DNA of 64,000 bases from contig JBFXAH010000008.1 of the NCBI GenBank assembly GCA_050184475.1, positions 100,533-164,532 on the forward strand. Direction: 5' to 3'. The notes beneath the pieces were generated by a model. The model worked only from the letters and a program-made list of their open reading frames with translations, was not told where the DNA came from and did no database searches. Of this stretch, positions 10,056 to 19,921 are shown piece by piece; position 1 is the first letter of the stretch; each line of letters starts with the position of its first letter. The DNA is from Pirellulales bacterium (GTDB lineage Bacteria; Planctomycetota; Planctomycetia; Pirellulales; JAEUIK01). A program made the position numbers and the translations under genes.

Positions 10056-11081
10056 CTACCGCGCGGCGGCGGTCTGGCGGGCACGGCTCAGCAACAGTTC
10101 GGCGATCTGCACGGCGTTGGTCGCTGCCCCCTTGCGGAGGTTGTCGCTCACGCACCAGAAGGCCAATCCGTTGGGGCTCGACAGGTCTTCGCGAATTCGC
10201 CCGATGAATGTCTCGTTGCGGCCATCGCAGGTGCTAGGCATCGGGTACTGCTTCGCCTCGAGATCGTCGACCACCACCAGCCCCGGCGTGGCGGCGAATA
10301 ACTCGCGGGCCGCGGCGACCGACAGCTTGCGCTCGGTCTCGACCAGGATGCTCTCGCTATGGCAGTTGGCGACCGGCACGCGCACGCAAGTCGGGCAGAC
10401 TTGGATCGATTCGTCGCCGAGGATCTTCCGCGTCTCGCGGACCATCTTGATCTCTTCCGACGTATAGCCCTGCTGCTTCGACGAACCGATTTGCGGAATC
10501 AGATTGAAGGCGATCGGATAGGCGAAGGTCTCGTATTGGTATTGGTCGCCCGCCAGGTGGGCGCGGCTCCCTTCTTCCAGTTCGCGCGCGCCCGACAAGC
10601 CGGCCCCGCTCGTGGCCTGATAGGTGCTGACGATCACGCGCCGCACCCGGGCCGCGTCGTGCAACGGTTTGAGCGCCTGCACCATTTGCGTGGTCGAACA
10701 GTTGGGGCTGGCGATGATGCCGCGATGATTGTCGACCGCCTCGGGATTGACCTCGGGAATCACCAGCGGCACCTGCGGGTCCATTCGCCAGTAGCCGCTC
10801 TCGTCGATGACCACGGTGCCGTGCTGGACGGCCGCCGGCGCGAAATCGCGGGCGACTTCATCGGGCGTGCTACCGATCGCCAGGTCGATGTCGGCGAAGG
10901 CGTCGGGCGTCAACTCTTCGATCGTGTGCTGCCGGCCGCGAAAGCTGATCTGGCCCCCGGCCGAACGCCGCGAAGCCAGAAACTTGACTCGCTCGATGGG
11001 GAACGCGCGCTCTTCCAACAGAGCCAGGATGATCCGACCGACGGCGCCGGTGGCCCCGACGATGGCCAAAGATTCGTACAC
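10056..11081 (-). CDS. asd: Aspartate-semialdehyde dehydrogenase
   Basis: GATGAVG, PNCST, TYQATSGAG and DNLRKGAA motifs; GTG 11081 preceded by a purine-rich RBS. Confidence 0.96.
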   Translation of the reverse strand: MYESLAIVGATGAVGRIILALLEERAFPIERVKFLASRRSAGGQISFRGRQHTIEELTPDAFADIDLAIGSTPDEVARDFAPAAVQHGTVVIDESGYWRMDPQVPLVIPEVNPEAVDNHRGIIASPNCSTTQMVQALKPLHDAARVRRVIVSTYQATSGAGLSGARELEEGSRAHLAGDQYQYETFAYPIAFNLIPQIGSSKQQGYTSEEIKMVRETRKILGDESIQVCPTCVRVPVANCHSESILVETERKLSVAAARELFAATPGLVVVDDLEAKQYPMPSTCDGRNETFIGRIREDLSSPNGLAFWCVSDNLRKGAATNAVQIAELLLSRARQTAAAR

Positions 11082-11198
11082 GCTTCCTTCTCCCGTTTGA
11101 GCGTAATTGACCGGCCTGGCGCCCGCGAGGTTCGCGACGAGCGCCGAATAAACCAATATACGTCGCGAGCCGCCGGGCCGTAAGGAGCGGTCGGGGCT

Positions 11199-11525
11199 TC
11201 ACCCGGAGTGAGTGCCGCGGTCCTGGTCGCCGAAGCGCGCAAACCGCCGTCGAACTTGGTTAAGGGTGATCGTAAGCAGCAGCGCGCAACCGGGCGCAAA
11301 CAACCACCAGTTCAACTGTCGCTCGCCGATCTGACACCAGCCGTCCAGACCCTTGATCCAGACAACCTTCTCGGGACCACAGACCGTGAAGTCTCCCGCA
11401 AAGAATGGCTCGGAATAGCGCCAGACATGAGTTGGTTGGGCTGCAGTCAAAGCCACAACCGCAATGATGCCGAAGGCATGTCGCAGAGTGAATTGACGCC
11501 AGTAGCGAACAGCCCGACCATCCAT
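11199..11525 (-). CDS. Small hypothetical membrane protein
   Basis: N-terminal WRQFTLR plus hydrophobic stretch and a second TM segment; fills the gap between the HTTM gene and asd. Confidence 0.5.
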   Translation of the reverse strand: MDGRAVRYWRQFTLRHAFGIIAVVALTAAQPTHVWRYSEPFFAGDFTVCGPEKVVWIKGLDGWCQIGERQLNWWLFAPGCALLLTITLNQVRRRFARFGDQDRGTHSG

Positions 11526-11581
11526 GCCGGCAGTGTACTGATGGTACTTGCGGCAGGATACGCCAGTTCCCTCGCGCGGCG

Positions 11582-12682
11582 CTACCCGACTTTCGACGTC
11601 GGATTGCCGCGAGGGCGGCGCGTGCGGACCGTCGGTGGCGTGGACGAGGCCGCCGATGCGCCGGTGGCCGTCGGGGTCTGCGCTTTACCGCGATTGGCCG
11701 CAGGCGATCTCTCCTCCGCGGAGATACCCCCCTGCCCTACCCCTTCGATGACGCGGCGCACCACCCACGGCGAGATGAACGCCGCGTTGCCGATCAGCAT
11801 CACCAGCCCGAAGGTGATCATGCCCAGCCCAAAAGCGATCCCCAGGTGAAGCGGAATGGCCAGAGCCAACACGATTGGGCGGGTGAGGCGCGGCCAGACC
11901 AACGCGCAGTACGAAACTTCCCAGGCGATGGTCACGTGCGTCATCACGGCCACGGTCAGCGGCCACGTGGCCAGCCAGGTGAGTTCGATCGATTGATACT
12001 CGAGATTGGCCACCGCCCCCCACAGGGCGCTGCCGTTCCACCAGGCCGGACCTTGCAGTTTCGAGATGCCGGCGAAGAAGTAGATCACGCACATGTGCAA
12101 CTGCATGAGCCGCGTGGCGACGTTCGCACCCACGCTCGGAGGTACCGGCAAGTCGGCCGCGTCTCGGTGCCGCGTCGCCAACCAGCGATCGACCGAGTAG
12201 CGCGCCCCGCAAGGGCCAAACATCAAGTACATCGCCAGCAGGCCATTGATCTGGTCGAGGCCGAACAAGCTTCCCGGCAGGCGATTCACGTACGAGACGG
12301 TGATCAGCCAGGCAAGCACCGACACGATCCGGCTATGCCAGCCGATTGTCAGCATGGCGAACACCACCAGGGCGGCGATGTGCACGGCCCAGAGCATTTC
12401 CTCGGAGTTGATCAGCCAGAAGTAGCTCCAGGCGAACGAGGTCTCGCCCGACATCGAGTTGAGATACGTCTGCACGGCCTCGGCCTGCAGCCAACTGTTG
12501 GGCCCGAGAAAGTCGTCGAGCCCGCGCGTCCACACCAGGTGGGTGTAGAACAGCATGGCGCCGGCGAGGATGCGAATCAGCGACAAGGTCGCCGGGTCGA
12601 CAGCCGAGAACCAGAAACGGTCCCAACCGGCCACGGCGCCGCGCGCCAATTCGCGACAGTAGTCCGTCAGCAGGCGAATCAT
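11582..12682 (-). CDS. HTTM-domain membrane protein (SdpB/LinG/vitamin-K carboxylase-like)
   Basis: WDRFWF...LSLIRI, YSVDRW, RLMQLHMCVIYFFAGISKL.G..WWNG and HLGI motifs. Confidence 0.85.
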   Translation of the reverse strand: MIRLLTDYCRELARGAVAGWDRFWFSAVDPATLSLIRILAGAMLFYTHLVWTRGLDDFLGPNSWLQAEAVQTYLNSMSGETSFAWSYFWLINSEEMLWAVHIAALVVFAMLTIGWHSRIVSVLAWLITVSYVNRLPGSLFGLDQINGLLAMYLMFGPCGARYSVDRWLATRHRDAADLPVPPSVGANVATRLMQLHMCVIYFFAGISKLQGPAWWNGSALWGAVANLEYQSIELTWLATWPLTVAVMTHVTIAWEVSYCALVWPRLTRPIVLALAIPLHLGIAFGLGMITFGLVMLIGNAAFISPWVVRRVIEGVGQGGISAEERSPAANRGKAQTPTATGASAASSTPPTVRTRRPRGNPTSKVG

Positions 12683-13416
12683 AGGTCTTCCGCCGTGTAG
12701 CTCTTCGAAAACAGTTCGACGTATAACGACGCGTCGGAGAGCGTCTTCACGCGCTGCTGGGCGATCTCCTGCGGGAACGGCAGGTTATGCCGCACCAGCC
12801 GCAGGGTGACTCGCTGGGCATTGTGCTTGCGCAGCAGGTGCGTGGCATACGAGCGGCAATAAGCATCGAACAATGCTTGCTGCGCGGCGAGGAATTGCTG
12901 CGCGCTTTCCGACGGCGGTAGTGCCTCGCGGCCAGGCACCGCTTCGATTCCGGCCAGTGCGTCGCGACGCTGCGCGGCTGCGGTCGTCGCGGTGTCTCCC
13001 CCGGCCGGCGGCGACGCCATGGGGGCGTCGCCATTCACGTTGCCATACAGCATGTTCAGGAATTCGGTGAGCATGAAGTGGCGGTGGTACAACAACCGCG
13101 GCTGCTCTTCCTTCAAGTTCGGGATTTCGCCCGCGAATGTATCGCCGTTGGGCAATTCGACTTCGTAGCGCACCAGGTGGCTGGGCCCTGGTTCGGGCGC
13201 GAAGAAGTGATAGCCGTGATTCAGAAACGTCGCTTCGACGTAGGGGCGGAAAACTCGCCACATCCCCTGAGCCAGCGGCGAACCTTCGATCGACCAGGGG
13301 CAAACGACCAGCGCCGTGACGTGCAGCGCCAACAGCACGCTGAGCACGATCTTCAGCGGAGGGCTGATCCGCGTCGTCGGCCCAGCGGCCGCCGGGGAGT
13401 GTCGGGAGTCGGCCAT
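12679..13416 (-). CDS. HTTM partner protein (DUF5819/SdpA-like), single N-terminal TM
   Basis: TM segment LLALH followed by PY...LNHGYHFFAPEP; stop overlaps the HTTM start (ATGA). Confidence 0.7.
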   Translation of the reverse strand: MADSRHSPAAAGPTTRISPPLKIVLSVLLALHVTALVVCPWSIEGSPLAQGMWRVFRPYVEATFLNHGYHFFAPEPGPSHLVRYEVELPNGDTFAGEIPNLKEEQPRLLYHRHFMLTEFLNMLYGNVNGDAPMASPPAGGDTATTAAAQRRDALAGIEAVPGREALPPSESAQQFLAAQQALFDAYCRSYATHLLRKHNAQRVTLRLVRHNLPFPQEIAQQRVKTLSDASLYVELFSKSYTAEDL

Positions 13417-13580
13417 CGTGCGCGATCCTTCGTCAAGCGGCTAGTGGCGAGCCAGGCGTCGGTCGTCGTTGCGGCGACCCACGGCCACGGCCGGTACGAT
13501 GCGCCTTATCGCGGGCAAAGGCAATCCCCGCTCGCCTGTCGCACTTATCGACCGACCGCGGGTGTCGATCGATTTGCAGA

Positions 13581-13623
13581 AAACAAGAAAACCCTCGCAC
13601 GGGTTGGGTCCCGTGCGAGGGTT
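13581..13623 (-). terminator. Intrinsic terminator downstream of the TIGR03000-type gene
   Basis: 14-bp perfect stem AACCCTCGCACGGG/CCCGTGCGAGGGTT (13590-13623) followed by a T-rich tract on the minus strand. Confidence 0.8.
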
Positions 13624-13737
13624 ATGACTTTCGTGCGTTCGGTCCCGGTCGCAGCGAAAGCTTGCCCGTGGGGCGAGCTTTCAGTGCGGCGGAGCCGCGT
13701 TCTCACAAGCGGGGCTGCTAATTAGCCCGGCTTGTAA

Positions 13738-14778
13738 CTAGCGAGCCGAAGCCACGCTGTCGGCGTCGAACTCGATCGCCAGGTCGCGATCTTCTCCACC
13801 GATCAGCGAGATCGTCGATTCCTTGGTGAGCGTCTGGCCGTTGCGGGTCAGCTCGACACGCACGGTGTAATCGTTCCAGCTCTCACCGTTGGTCAACCGC
13901 GTGGTGGTGAACTCACGCGACTCGCCGGTGCTTTGGGTTTCCTTGCCGGCCAGGAAGACCTTGGCGTCGGCCGGAACCTGCAGCCGCAAGGTGGTCGAAA
14001 CCGGCTTGGCAGCGACGCGATCGTCGCCCACCTGCTGATCAAAAGCGAACTCGAGGCTCGCCCGCTGGCCGCTGGTCAGCACGATTTGCTTCGTGTCGAC
14101 GACCTTCTTGCCTTCGCGGACAACTTCGGCACGCACTTCATAAGCGTAGTTGGCACCACGGCGCAGACCGCGCGAAACGAACCGTCGCTCGCTTCCCTGG
14201 CTGCTCGTGACGGCGCCGTTGACATAAACCTTGGCGTCGGTCGGCACCCAGACGTTCAGCAGCACCGCATCGGCGCCCAGGCCAGCCGACGGCGTAACGC
14301 CACCTTCAGCAGGCATGGTGTCGTCCGCGGGGACCGTGCCGTCGGCCGGGGGCATGCCGCTCTCTTGCGGGACGGCGCCATCGGGCACGACGTGATAGCC
14401 GTGGCTACCGCCGCTCGAGCCGCCGCTGGAACCCCACGAACCCGACGAACCGCCCGAGCTACCGCCGCTCGAGCCGTAGTAATAGACGTATCCGCCGCTC
14501 GAGCCATGCGAGCCCGAGCTGCCGCCACTGGAACCCCACGAGCCGGACGATCCGCCGCTCGAGTGGTGCCAACGACGATGGTGTCCGCCCGACGAGCCCC
14601 ACGAACCGGAGCTGCCGCCGCTGGAACCCCATGAGCCCGAGCTACCGCCCGAGCTTCCCCAAGACCCCGACGAACCATGTCGGCGCCAGAACGCCTTAGC
14701 TTCGGTGGCATCGGCAGCGAAAATCGCCAGCCCAACGCCTGCGAGGGTCAGCAGTCGTGTGAACGTCATGCCAGCCAT
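13738..14778 (-). CDS. Secreted protein with N-terminal Ser/Gly/Trp repeats and two Planctomycete TIGR03000-type domains
   Basis: Signal peptide ending AKA; GSSGSWGSSGG repeats; two VP.DAKV....G..T...G..R.F domains; GGAG RBS before ATG 14778. Confidence 0.85.
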   Translation of the reverse strand: MAGMTFTRLLTLAGVGLAIFAADATEAKAFWRRHGSSGSWGSSGGSSGSWGSSGGSSGSWGSSGGHHRRWHHSSGGSSGSWGSSGGSSGSHGSSGGYVYYYGSSGGSSGGSSGSWGSSGGSSGGSHGYHVVPDGAVPQESGMPPADGTVPADDTMPAEGGVTPSAGLGADAVLLNVWVPTDAKVYVNGAVTSSQGSERRFVSRGLRRGANYAYEVRAEVVREGKKVVDTKQIVLTSGQRASLEFAFDQQVGDDRVAAKPVSTTLRLQVPADAKVFLAGKETQSTGESREFTTTRLTNGESWNDYTVRVELTRNGQTLTKESTISLIGGEDRDLAIEFDADSVASAR

Positions 14779-14897
14779 CTGTTTGTTGCTCCCCAAAAAG
14801 GCTTCGAAGATTGACTTTGGTGTGCGTTCTTACCGTCAGAACATAGCAACCGTAGCTTGCAATTCAAGAAACTGCGTAGTTTTTTTTGATCGCGGGA

Positions 14898-14914
14898 TGT
14901 GCGAATTTCGCACA
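14898..14914. promoter_or_regulatory. Palindromic operator-like site in a divergent promoter region
   Basis: TGTGCGAA-T-TTCGCACA perfect inverted repeat in AT-rich intergenic DNA; TTGACA at 14932-14937. Confidence 0.5.
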
Positions 14915-15120
14915 AGATATAACGGTTGCTATTGACAAAATCGGACCTATTTGAGCTATGCAAAGCACCGTTTTGCTTGCCCAGTCAGCCTAATCGCTAT
15001 AACCGGCAACTGGCGTTGGGCCGGCCCGTGCGGCTCGCTAGACTCGTCCACCCGCCGCGCGCGACCCCCCCCTGCCCTACCCTGTTGTGCCCACCCCCAA
15101 GGTCTTGGAGCCAGGCGACG

Positions 15121-16323
15121 TTGCTAGCAGCACGACCATCGCACCACGAGTCTCGGGGAGCCGCGCCCCTGCCCCGCCAGGCGGCACGACCCGGTCGCGC
15201 ATCCCCCTTGCGCCGCTGGCCATGGCAGTTGTTGGCGAGCGCCGGCCTGCTGGGTGCGATCGGACTGGCCGCCATCGCCCGCAGCCAGTCGCTGGCCGAC
15301 GGCGCGACGAACTTCTGGTCGATGCAGCTTGTGTGGTGGTGCGTGGCGATCGCCGTCGGCGGGGCTCTCACCACGGTGAGCAGTCAGCTCGTGTGGCGCT
15401 GGAGCTACGTGGCCTTCGCCGGCACGCTCGTGCTGCTGGCGTTGGTTTTCTTGTTCCCCGCCCGCTATGGCGCCCATCGCTGGGTCCGCTTTGGAGCGGT
15501 GGGTGTGCAGCCTTCGGAACTAGCCAAGATTGCCTACGTCCTAGCGCTGGCCCGCTACCTGATGTACCGCGACAACTACCGCCGGCTGCGCGGGCTGCTT
15601 TGGCCACTAGTGCTGACGCTCGTCCCGCTGGTGCTCGTGCTGCGCGAGCCCGACCTGGGGACGGCGCTGGTGTTCGTGCCGCTGTTGTTCGCGATGCTGT
15701 GGGCGGCCGGCGCGCGATTGCGCGACCTGGCGGTCGTGGCGCTCGTGGGGCTATTGACCGTGCCGGTGTTGGCCTCGCAGATGAGTCGCGAACAGCGCTC
15801 GCGCATCACGGCGCTGGCCGAACAGACGGGGCCCGGCGAGCGGCCCAGCGACGACGGCTACCATCTGCATCAATCCAAGCAGGTGATTGCCCTGGGGGGC
15901 ATCTGGGGGAGCGCCGCGACCGGACAATGGGTCGACGATGCTGGCGCCTATCGCCTGCCGGTCGCGCACAGCGATTTCATTTTCTCGATCGTGGCCGAAC
16001 GCTTCGGACTGGTGGGGGCCGGCGTGGTGCTGCTGTTGTACTGGTTGCTGGTGACTGCCTGCGTGCGAATCGCGGCCGGCACGAACGATCCTTTCGCGCG
16101 GCTGGTGGCCGCCGGCATTGCCACGCTGCTGGCGGTCGAAGTAGCGATCAACACGGCGATGACGGTCGGACTGGCGCCGGTGACCGGCTTGTCGTTGCCG
16201 CTGATGAGCCACGGCGGCAGCGGGCTGGTGGCGCACGTCGCGGCGCTGGGGCTATTGGTTCGCGTGGCGCTGCGCGATGAGTTGGACGTGTCGCCGGCGC
16301 CATTCCGCTGGTCGCCGGGATAA
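15121..16323 (+). CDS. rodA: SEDS family peptidoglycan glycosyltransferase (RodA/FtsW)
   Basis: RW...VQPSELAK, EPDLGTA, HSDFIF and LPLMSHGGS motifs; start codon uncertain; RodA versus FtsW not resolved. Confidence 0.8.
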   Translation: MLAARPSHHESRGAAPLPRQAARPGRASPLRRWPWQLLASAGLLGAIGLAAIARSQSLADGATNFWSMQLVWWCVAIAVGGALTTVSSQLVWRWSYVAFAGTLVLLALVFLFPARYGAHRWVRFGAVGVQPSELAKIAYVLALARYLMYRDNYRRLRGLLWPLVLTLVPLVLVLREPDLGTALVFVPLLFAMLWAAGARLRDLAVVALVGLLTVPVLASQMSREQRSRITALAEQTGPGERPSDDGYHLHQSKQVIALGGIWGSAATGQWVDDAGAYRLPVAHSDFIFSIVAERFGLVGAGVVLLLYWLLVTACVRIAAGTNDPFARLVAAGIATLLAVEVAINTAMTVGLAPVTGLSLPLMSHGGSGLVAHVAALGLLVRVALRDELDVSPAPFRWSPG

Positions 16324-16843
16324 CGGCTGCGCGATAAAGCGACTTGCCCAGCCTGGCGAACATTGGATCGTCGCGTCCGTAGACATAGCTTTTCGGAAAC
16401 AAGGTTGGATAGACCTCGCGAGTCCACTCCTCAACCTCAAGGCGTTCGTCTTCGGGATTCATGAGTATCGGATAATAGAGGAAGTCGCGCACGCGCTGTT
16501 GCACGGCGGGCGACTCCTTGGCGATCACGTCGGCATATGCGTCGATGCCAAATTGCTCGCCGAGGTTGAGCAGGCTGCTCCAAATAACCTGCCCGTAGCA
16601 GCGGGCGTTGTCGTCAAACTCTTTGAACTTCGTCGAAAAGGCGAAGAAGCGACCCAGCGCGCTGGCGTCGCCTTCGTAAGCGCGCTCCATTTCAGGGAGC
16701 AAGTCCAAGCCTTCGGCCTTGGCAAACCTGGCCAAGTGCTCGACGTCGGCATTTTCGACGCGCCCGAAGGGATGGCCATCCGACGTGTCGAGCGGATCGA
16801 CGCCACAGATCGTCGAAAGGACCAGTAGCGCGCTCGGTAACAT
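16148..16843 (-). CDS. Hypothetical protein, possibly exported
   Basis: AAGGAGG RBS, short hydrophobic N-terminus, protein-like composition; 3' end overlaps rodA antisense. Confidence 0.6.
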   Translation of the reverse strand: MLPSALLVLSTICGVDPLDTSDGHPFGRVENADVEHLARFAKAEGLDLLPEMERAYEGDASALGRFFAFSTKFKEFDDNARCYGQVIWSSLLNLGEQFGIDAYADVIAKESPAVQQRVRDFLYYPILMNPEDERLEVEEWTREVYPTLFPKSYVYGRDDPMFARLGKSLYRAAVIPATSGMAPATRPTHRAAPREPIAPAPRRAPPARCRRGSSAATTSRSPAPVRPSSPC

Positions 16844-17003
16844 TGCGACACCCTCCTTGAACGACAGATTGCTATGCCTCGTGTTGCCGGGGGATTCGAT
16901 GTCAAGGTTCGATTGAGAAGTTTTCCGCGCGCAGTGCGCGGCGCCACGCGCGGCCAGCCAACTGCACAGGCGAAGGCTGGCACCATGCGACGTCCTGCAC
17001 CGC

Positions 17004-18551
17004 TTACGATTCCTGGGCCCTTTCGGCGTAGAACGCGCGATAGAGATCGGGGCGACGATCGTTCCAGTTCATCGTCGTGCCGGTCCGGCGATGCCGTCGC
17101 AACAGCTCCACGTCAACATCGTGAATCAGAATGGTCTCGATGTTGGGCGTCCCCTCGGCGGCCACGCCATCGCGCGAGAACGAAAAGTCGATCGGCGTGA
17201 AGATGCCCGACTGCGCGTAGTGGATGTCGACATTCTCGACGAACGGCAGATTGCCGACGCAGCCGGCAATGGCCACGAACTGGTGATTCTCCACGCAGCG
17301 GGCCTGCGCGCAGGTGCGCACGCGCAAGTAGCCCTGCCGGGTATCGGTGTTGAACGGGACGAAGATGATGCTCGCCCCCTGGTCGGCGGCCAGTCGGCCC
17401 AGTTCGGGGAACTCGATGTCGTAGCAGACGCAAATCGCCACCTTGCCGCAGTCGGTGTCGAACACTTCGAGCCGATCGCCGGGCTGCACTCCCCACCAGC
17501 GCCGCTCGCTGGGCGTGATGTGGAGCTTGTATTGCTTGCCGATCGTGCCGTCGCGGCCGAACAGATAGGCGACGTTGAACAGCTTGTCGTCTTCGACGAC
17601 GAAGTGCGTGCCGGGGATCACGTTCAGGTCGTACTTGACCGCCAGCCGGTTGAACAGCTCGAGATAGTCCTCGGTGTATTCGGCGATCTGCCGCGCCGCC
17701 ATGCCGGGGCGCATCTCGTCGAGCAGGCACATCAGTTGCGTGGTGATCATCTCGGGAAACAGCACGAAGTCGCACTTATAGTCGCTGGCGACGTCGATGA
17801 AATACTCGCACTGCCGCGCGAACTCGTCGAAGCTGTGTATGGTGCGCATCTGATATTGCACCACGCTCAGCCGCACCGATTCGACCGCGTGGAACTTGCG
17901 CTTGGCGCCGGGACGATAGTCGAGATTCACCCATTCGAGAAACGCCGCCCAACCGCGTGAGTCGGAATCGGACGGAAAATAGTTCGGGATCAGGCCTCGC
18001 AGCACGAAGCCGTTGGCGGTCTGCGTCGTCATCACCGGGTCGACGAGGTTCTTGTTCATCACCGCTTCGGCATATTCGCGGGCCGACATCTTGTCGGCGT
18101 GCTGTCCGTAGCCGGGCAACCGGCCGGCGATGATGATGCGCGCCAGGTTGCGCTCGCGGCACAGTTCCTTGCGGGCGTCGTAGAGTCGCCGCGCCAGTTT
18201 CAGCCCGCGGAACTCGGGGTCGACCATGATCTCGATGCCGTAGAGCGTGTCGCCCGAGGGATCGTGATTGCGGATGTAGCCGCCGTCGGCGATGACCTTC
18301 CAATCGTGCCACTTCGAATACTGACTGAAGTCGACGATCAAGCTGCTCGACGAGGCCACGAGCCGACCATCGATCTCGATCCCCAGTTGTCCCTCGGGAA
18401 AGACGTGCAACTGGCTGGCGATCTGATCGCGCGACCAGGTTTGCATGCCCGGAAAGCACTTGGCCTGCATCGCCACCAGGGCGTCGAAGTCGTCCAGGGT
18501 CAACTGACGCAGGCGTACGCGCGTTTCGAATTCTTTCAGGTCGATTTCCAT
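17004..18551 (-). CDS. Bifunctional GNAT acetyltransferase / carbon-nitrogen hydrolase
   Basis: N-terminal [15 protein letters not shown] motif; C-terminal nitrilase triad FPE / YKLH / CYD; start at ATG 18551. Confidence 0.9.
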   Translation of the reverse strand: MEIDLKEFETRVRLRQLTLDDFDALVAMQAKCFPGMQTWSRDQIASQLHVFPEGQLGIEIDGRLVASSSSLIVDFSQYSKWHDWKVIADGGYIRNHDPSGDTLYGIEIMVDPEFRGLKLARRLYDARKELCRERNLARIIIAGRLPGYGQHADKMSAREYAEAVMNKNLVDPVMTTQTANGFVLRGLIPNYFPSDSDSRGWAAFLEWVNLDYRPGAKRKFHAVESVRLSVVQYQMRTIHSFDEFARQCEYFIDVASDYKCDFVLFPEMITTQLMCLLDEMRPGMAARQIAEYTEDYLELFNRLAVKYDLNVIPGTHFVVEDDKLFNVAYLFGRDGTIGKQYKLHITPSERRWWGVQPGDRLEVFDTDCGKVAICVCYDIEFPELGRLAADQGASIIFVPFNTDTRQGYLRVRTCAQARCVENHQFVAIAGCVGNLPFVENVDIHYAQSGIFTPIDFSFSRDGVAAEGTPNIETILIHDVDVELLRRHRRTGTTMNWNDRRPDLYRAFYAERAQES

Positions 18552-18615
18552 TCCGGTTCCTGTTCGCTGAACGGAGAGGCCCGCAGTCGTCGCGCGACGT
18601 TCCCCGCGCCCCGGT

Positions 18616-19812
18616 TCATGCCCCTTCGCGCGGCCTGCGACCGAGCCAGGGGACAATCGCCAGGCCCAGCACCGACGGCACTACCATCATTATAAACGTC
18701 GGCCCAAAGCCAAATCGCACGGCCAATTGGCTCGCCAGGTAGGTTGAGCCCGCCTCGCAAGCGTTGGTGGCCCCCGTCATGGTGCTAAAGAGCGTAGCTT
18801 TCCAGCGGGCCGCCGCCAGATCCATGAACAACGCGTACGACGAAGCGGTGAACGTGCCGACCGCCGCATACTGCAGCGTGATGATGCACCAACGCCACGC
18901 CATCGGCCCCGATCCGGCAAAGGTCTGGACCAGGCCAAGCGTCACGCCCAGCGCGATCAGGGCCGCCAACGCACACCAGGTGACGCGCACGTGCCCGAAG
19001 CGATCAGAGATTCGCCCGCCGGCCAAGGCGCCGATGGCCAAGGCCAGCGGCGCGGGGACCAACTTAAAGAATCCCACCGACTCGAGCGTCACCCCCACGT
19101 CGATCAGGTAGGGGCCGAGCAAGGCCCCCACCCCCTCGTAGGCGGCGCCGCCGATCAGCGCGAACGCCAGCGCCAACCAGGTGCGGTAGTCGCGGACGAT
19201 TGCCAGCCAGTCCGAAGCTCGCGTGGGGCTGCCGGCGTCGCTGGCCGGCACATCGGACTCTGAGGTCGGGCGACCTTCGGCTCGCGGCCGCCAAAGTGCC
19301 AATAGGGCCGCGGCCGACCAGAGCACCGCGACCAACATGGCGATCGTCGTCGCCAGCGAGACGCGCGCGAGAACGTACAGCGCGCCTCCGCCGAACAGCG
19401 CTCGCCCCAGCAGCATGCCGGCCTGCATCCAGCCGTTGACGCTCCCGCGCGATTGCGGCTCGATCGTCGAGATGCACAGCGCGTCGATCGACACGTCTTG
19501 CGTGGCGGCGGCCAGCGCATGCACCAGCAGCACCGCGATCATCCAGGGAAAGTGACGCTCGGGATCGAGAAGCGCAAACAGCGCGAGCGTCCCCCCCATC
19601 ACCGCCTGGGCCGAGATGACCCAGCGACGATACGACCACCACGGCGACGACCAGTCGACCAGCGGCGCCCACAGCCATTTCAACGTCCAGGGCACCAGCA
19701 GCAGGGCCGTGATCGAGCCGATCCGATCGACCGCCATCCCCTCGCTTTTCCAGTACGCAGGCAAGGCTCCCCAGAGCAAACCGATTGGCGCCCCCTCGCA
19801 GAAGTAGAGCAA
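18616..19812 (-). CDS. MFS transporter, AmpG/acetyl-CoA transporter-like
   Basis: [23 protein letters not shown] and ATQDVSIDA motifs; about 12 TM segments; start codon unclear. Confidence 0.85.
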   Translation of the reverse strand: MLYFCEGAPIGLLWGALPAYWKSEGMAVDRIGSITALLLVPWTLKWLWAPLVDWSSPWWSYRRWVISAQAVMGGTLALFALLDPERHFPWMIAVLLVHALAAATQDVSIDALCISTIEPQSRGSVNGWMQAGMLLGRALFGGGALYVLARVSLATTIAMLVAVLWSAAALLALWRPRAEGRPTSESDVPASDAGSPTRASDWLAIVRDYRTWLALAFALIGGAAYEGVGALLGPYLIDVGVTLESVGFFKLVPAPLALAIGALAGGRISDRFGHVRVTWCALAALIALGVTLGLVQTFAGSGPMAWRWCIITLQYAAVGTFTASSYALFMDLAAARWKATLFSTMTGATNACEAGSTYLASQLAVRFGFGPTFIMMVVPSVLGLAIVPWLGRRPREGA

Positions 19813-19921
19813 GGCAAAGAACCACTTGCGTCGATCGGCCAGCGGTGTCAGCCAGGCTTGCGTTGCGATCGTTGCTCAACTCCCAAGAAGGAATCGGCCT
19901 GGAGAGGGACGCAGCATACGA

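Noticed and set aside
13705-13735. Second hairpin just after the TIGR03000-type gene stop
   Set aside because: No U-tract; probably a 3' stabilising stem, so not called as a terminator.
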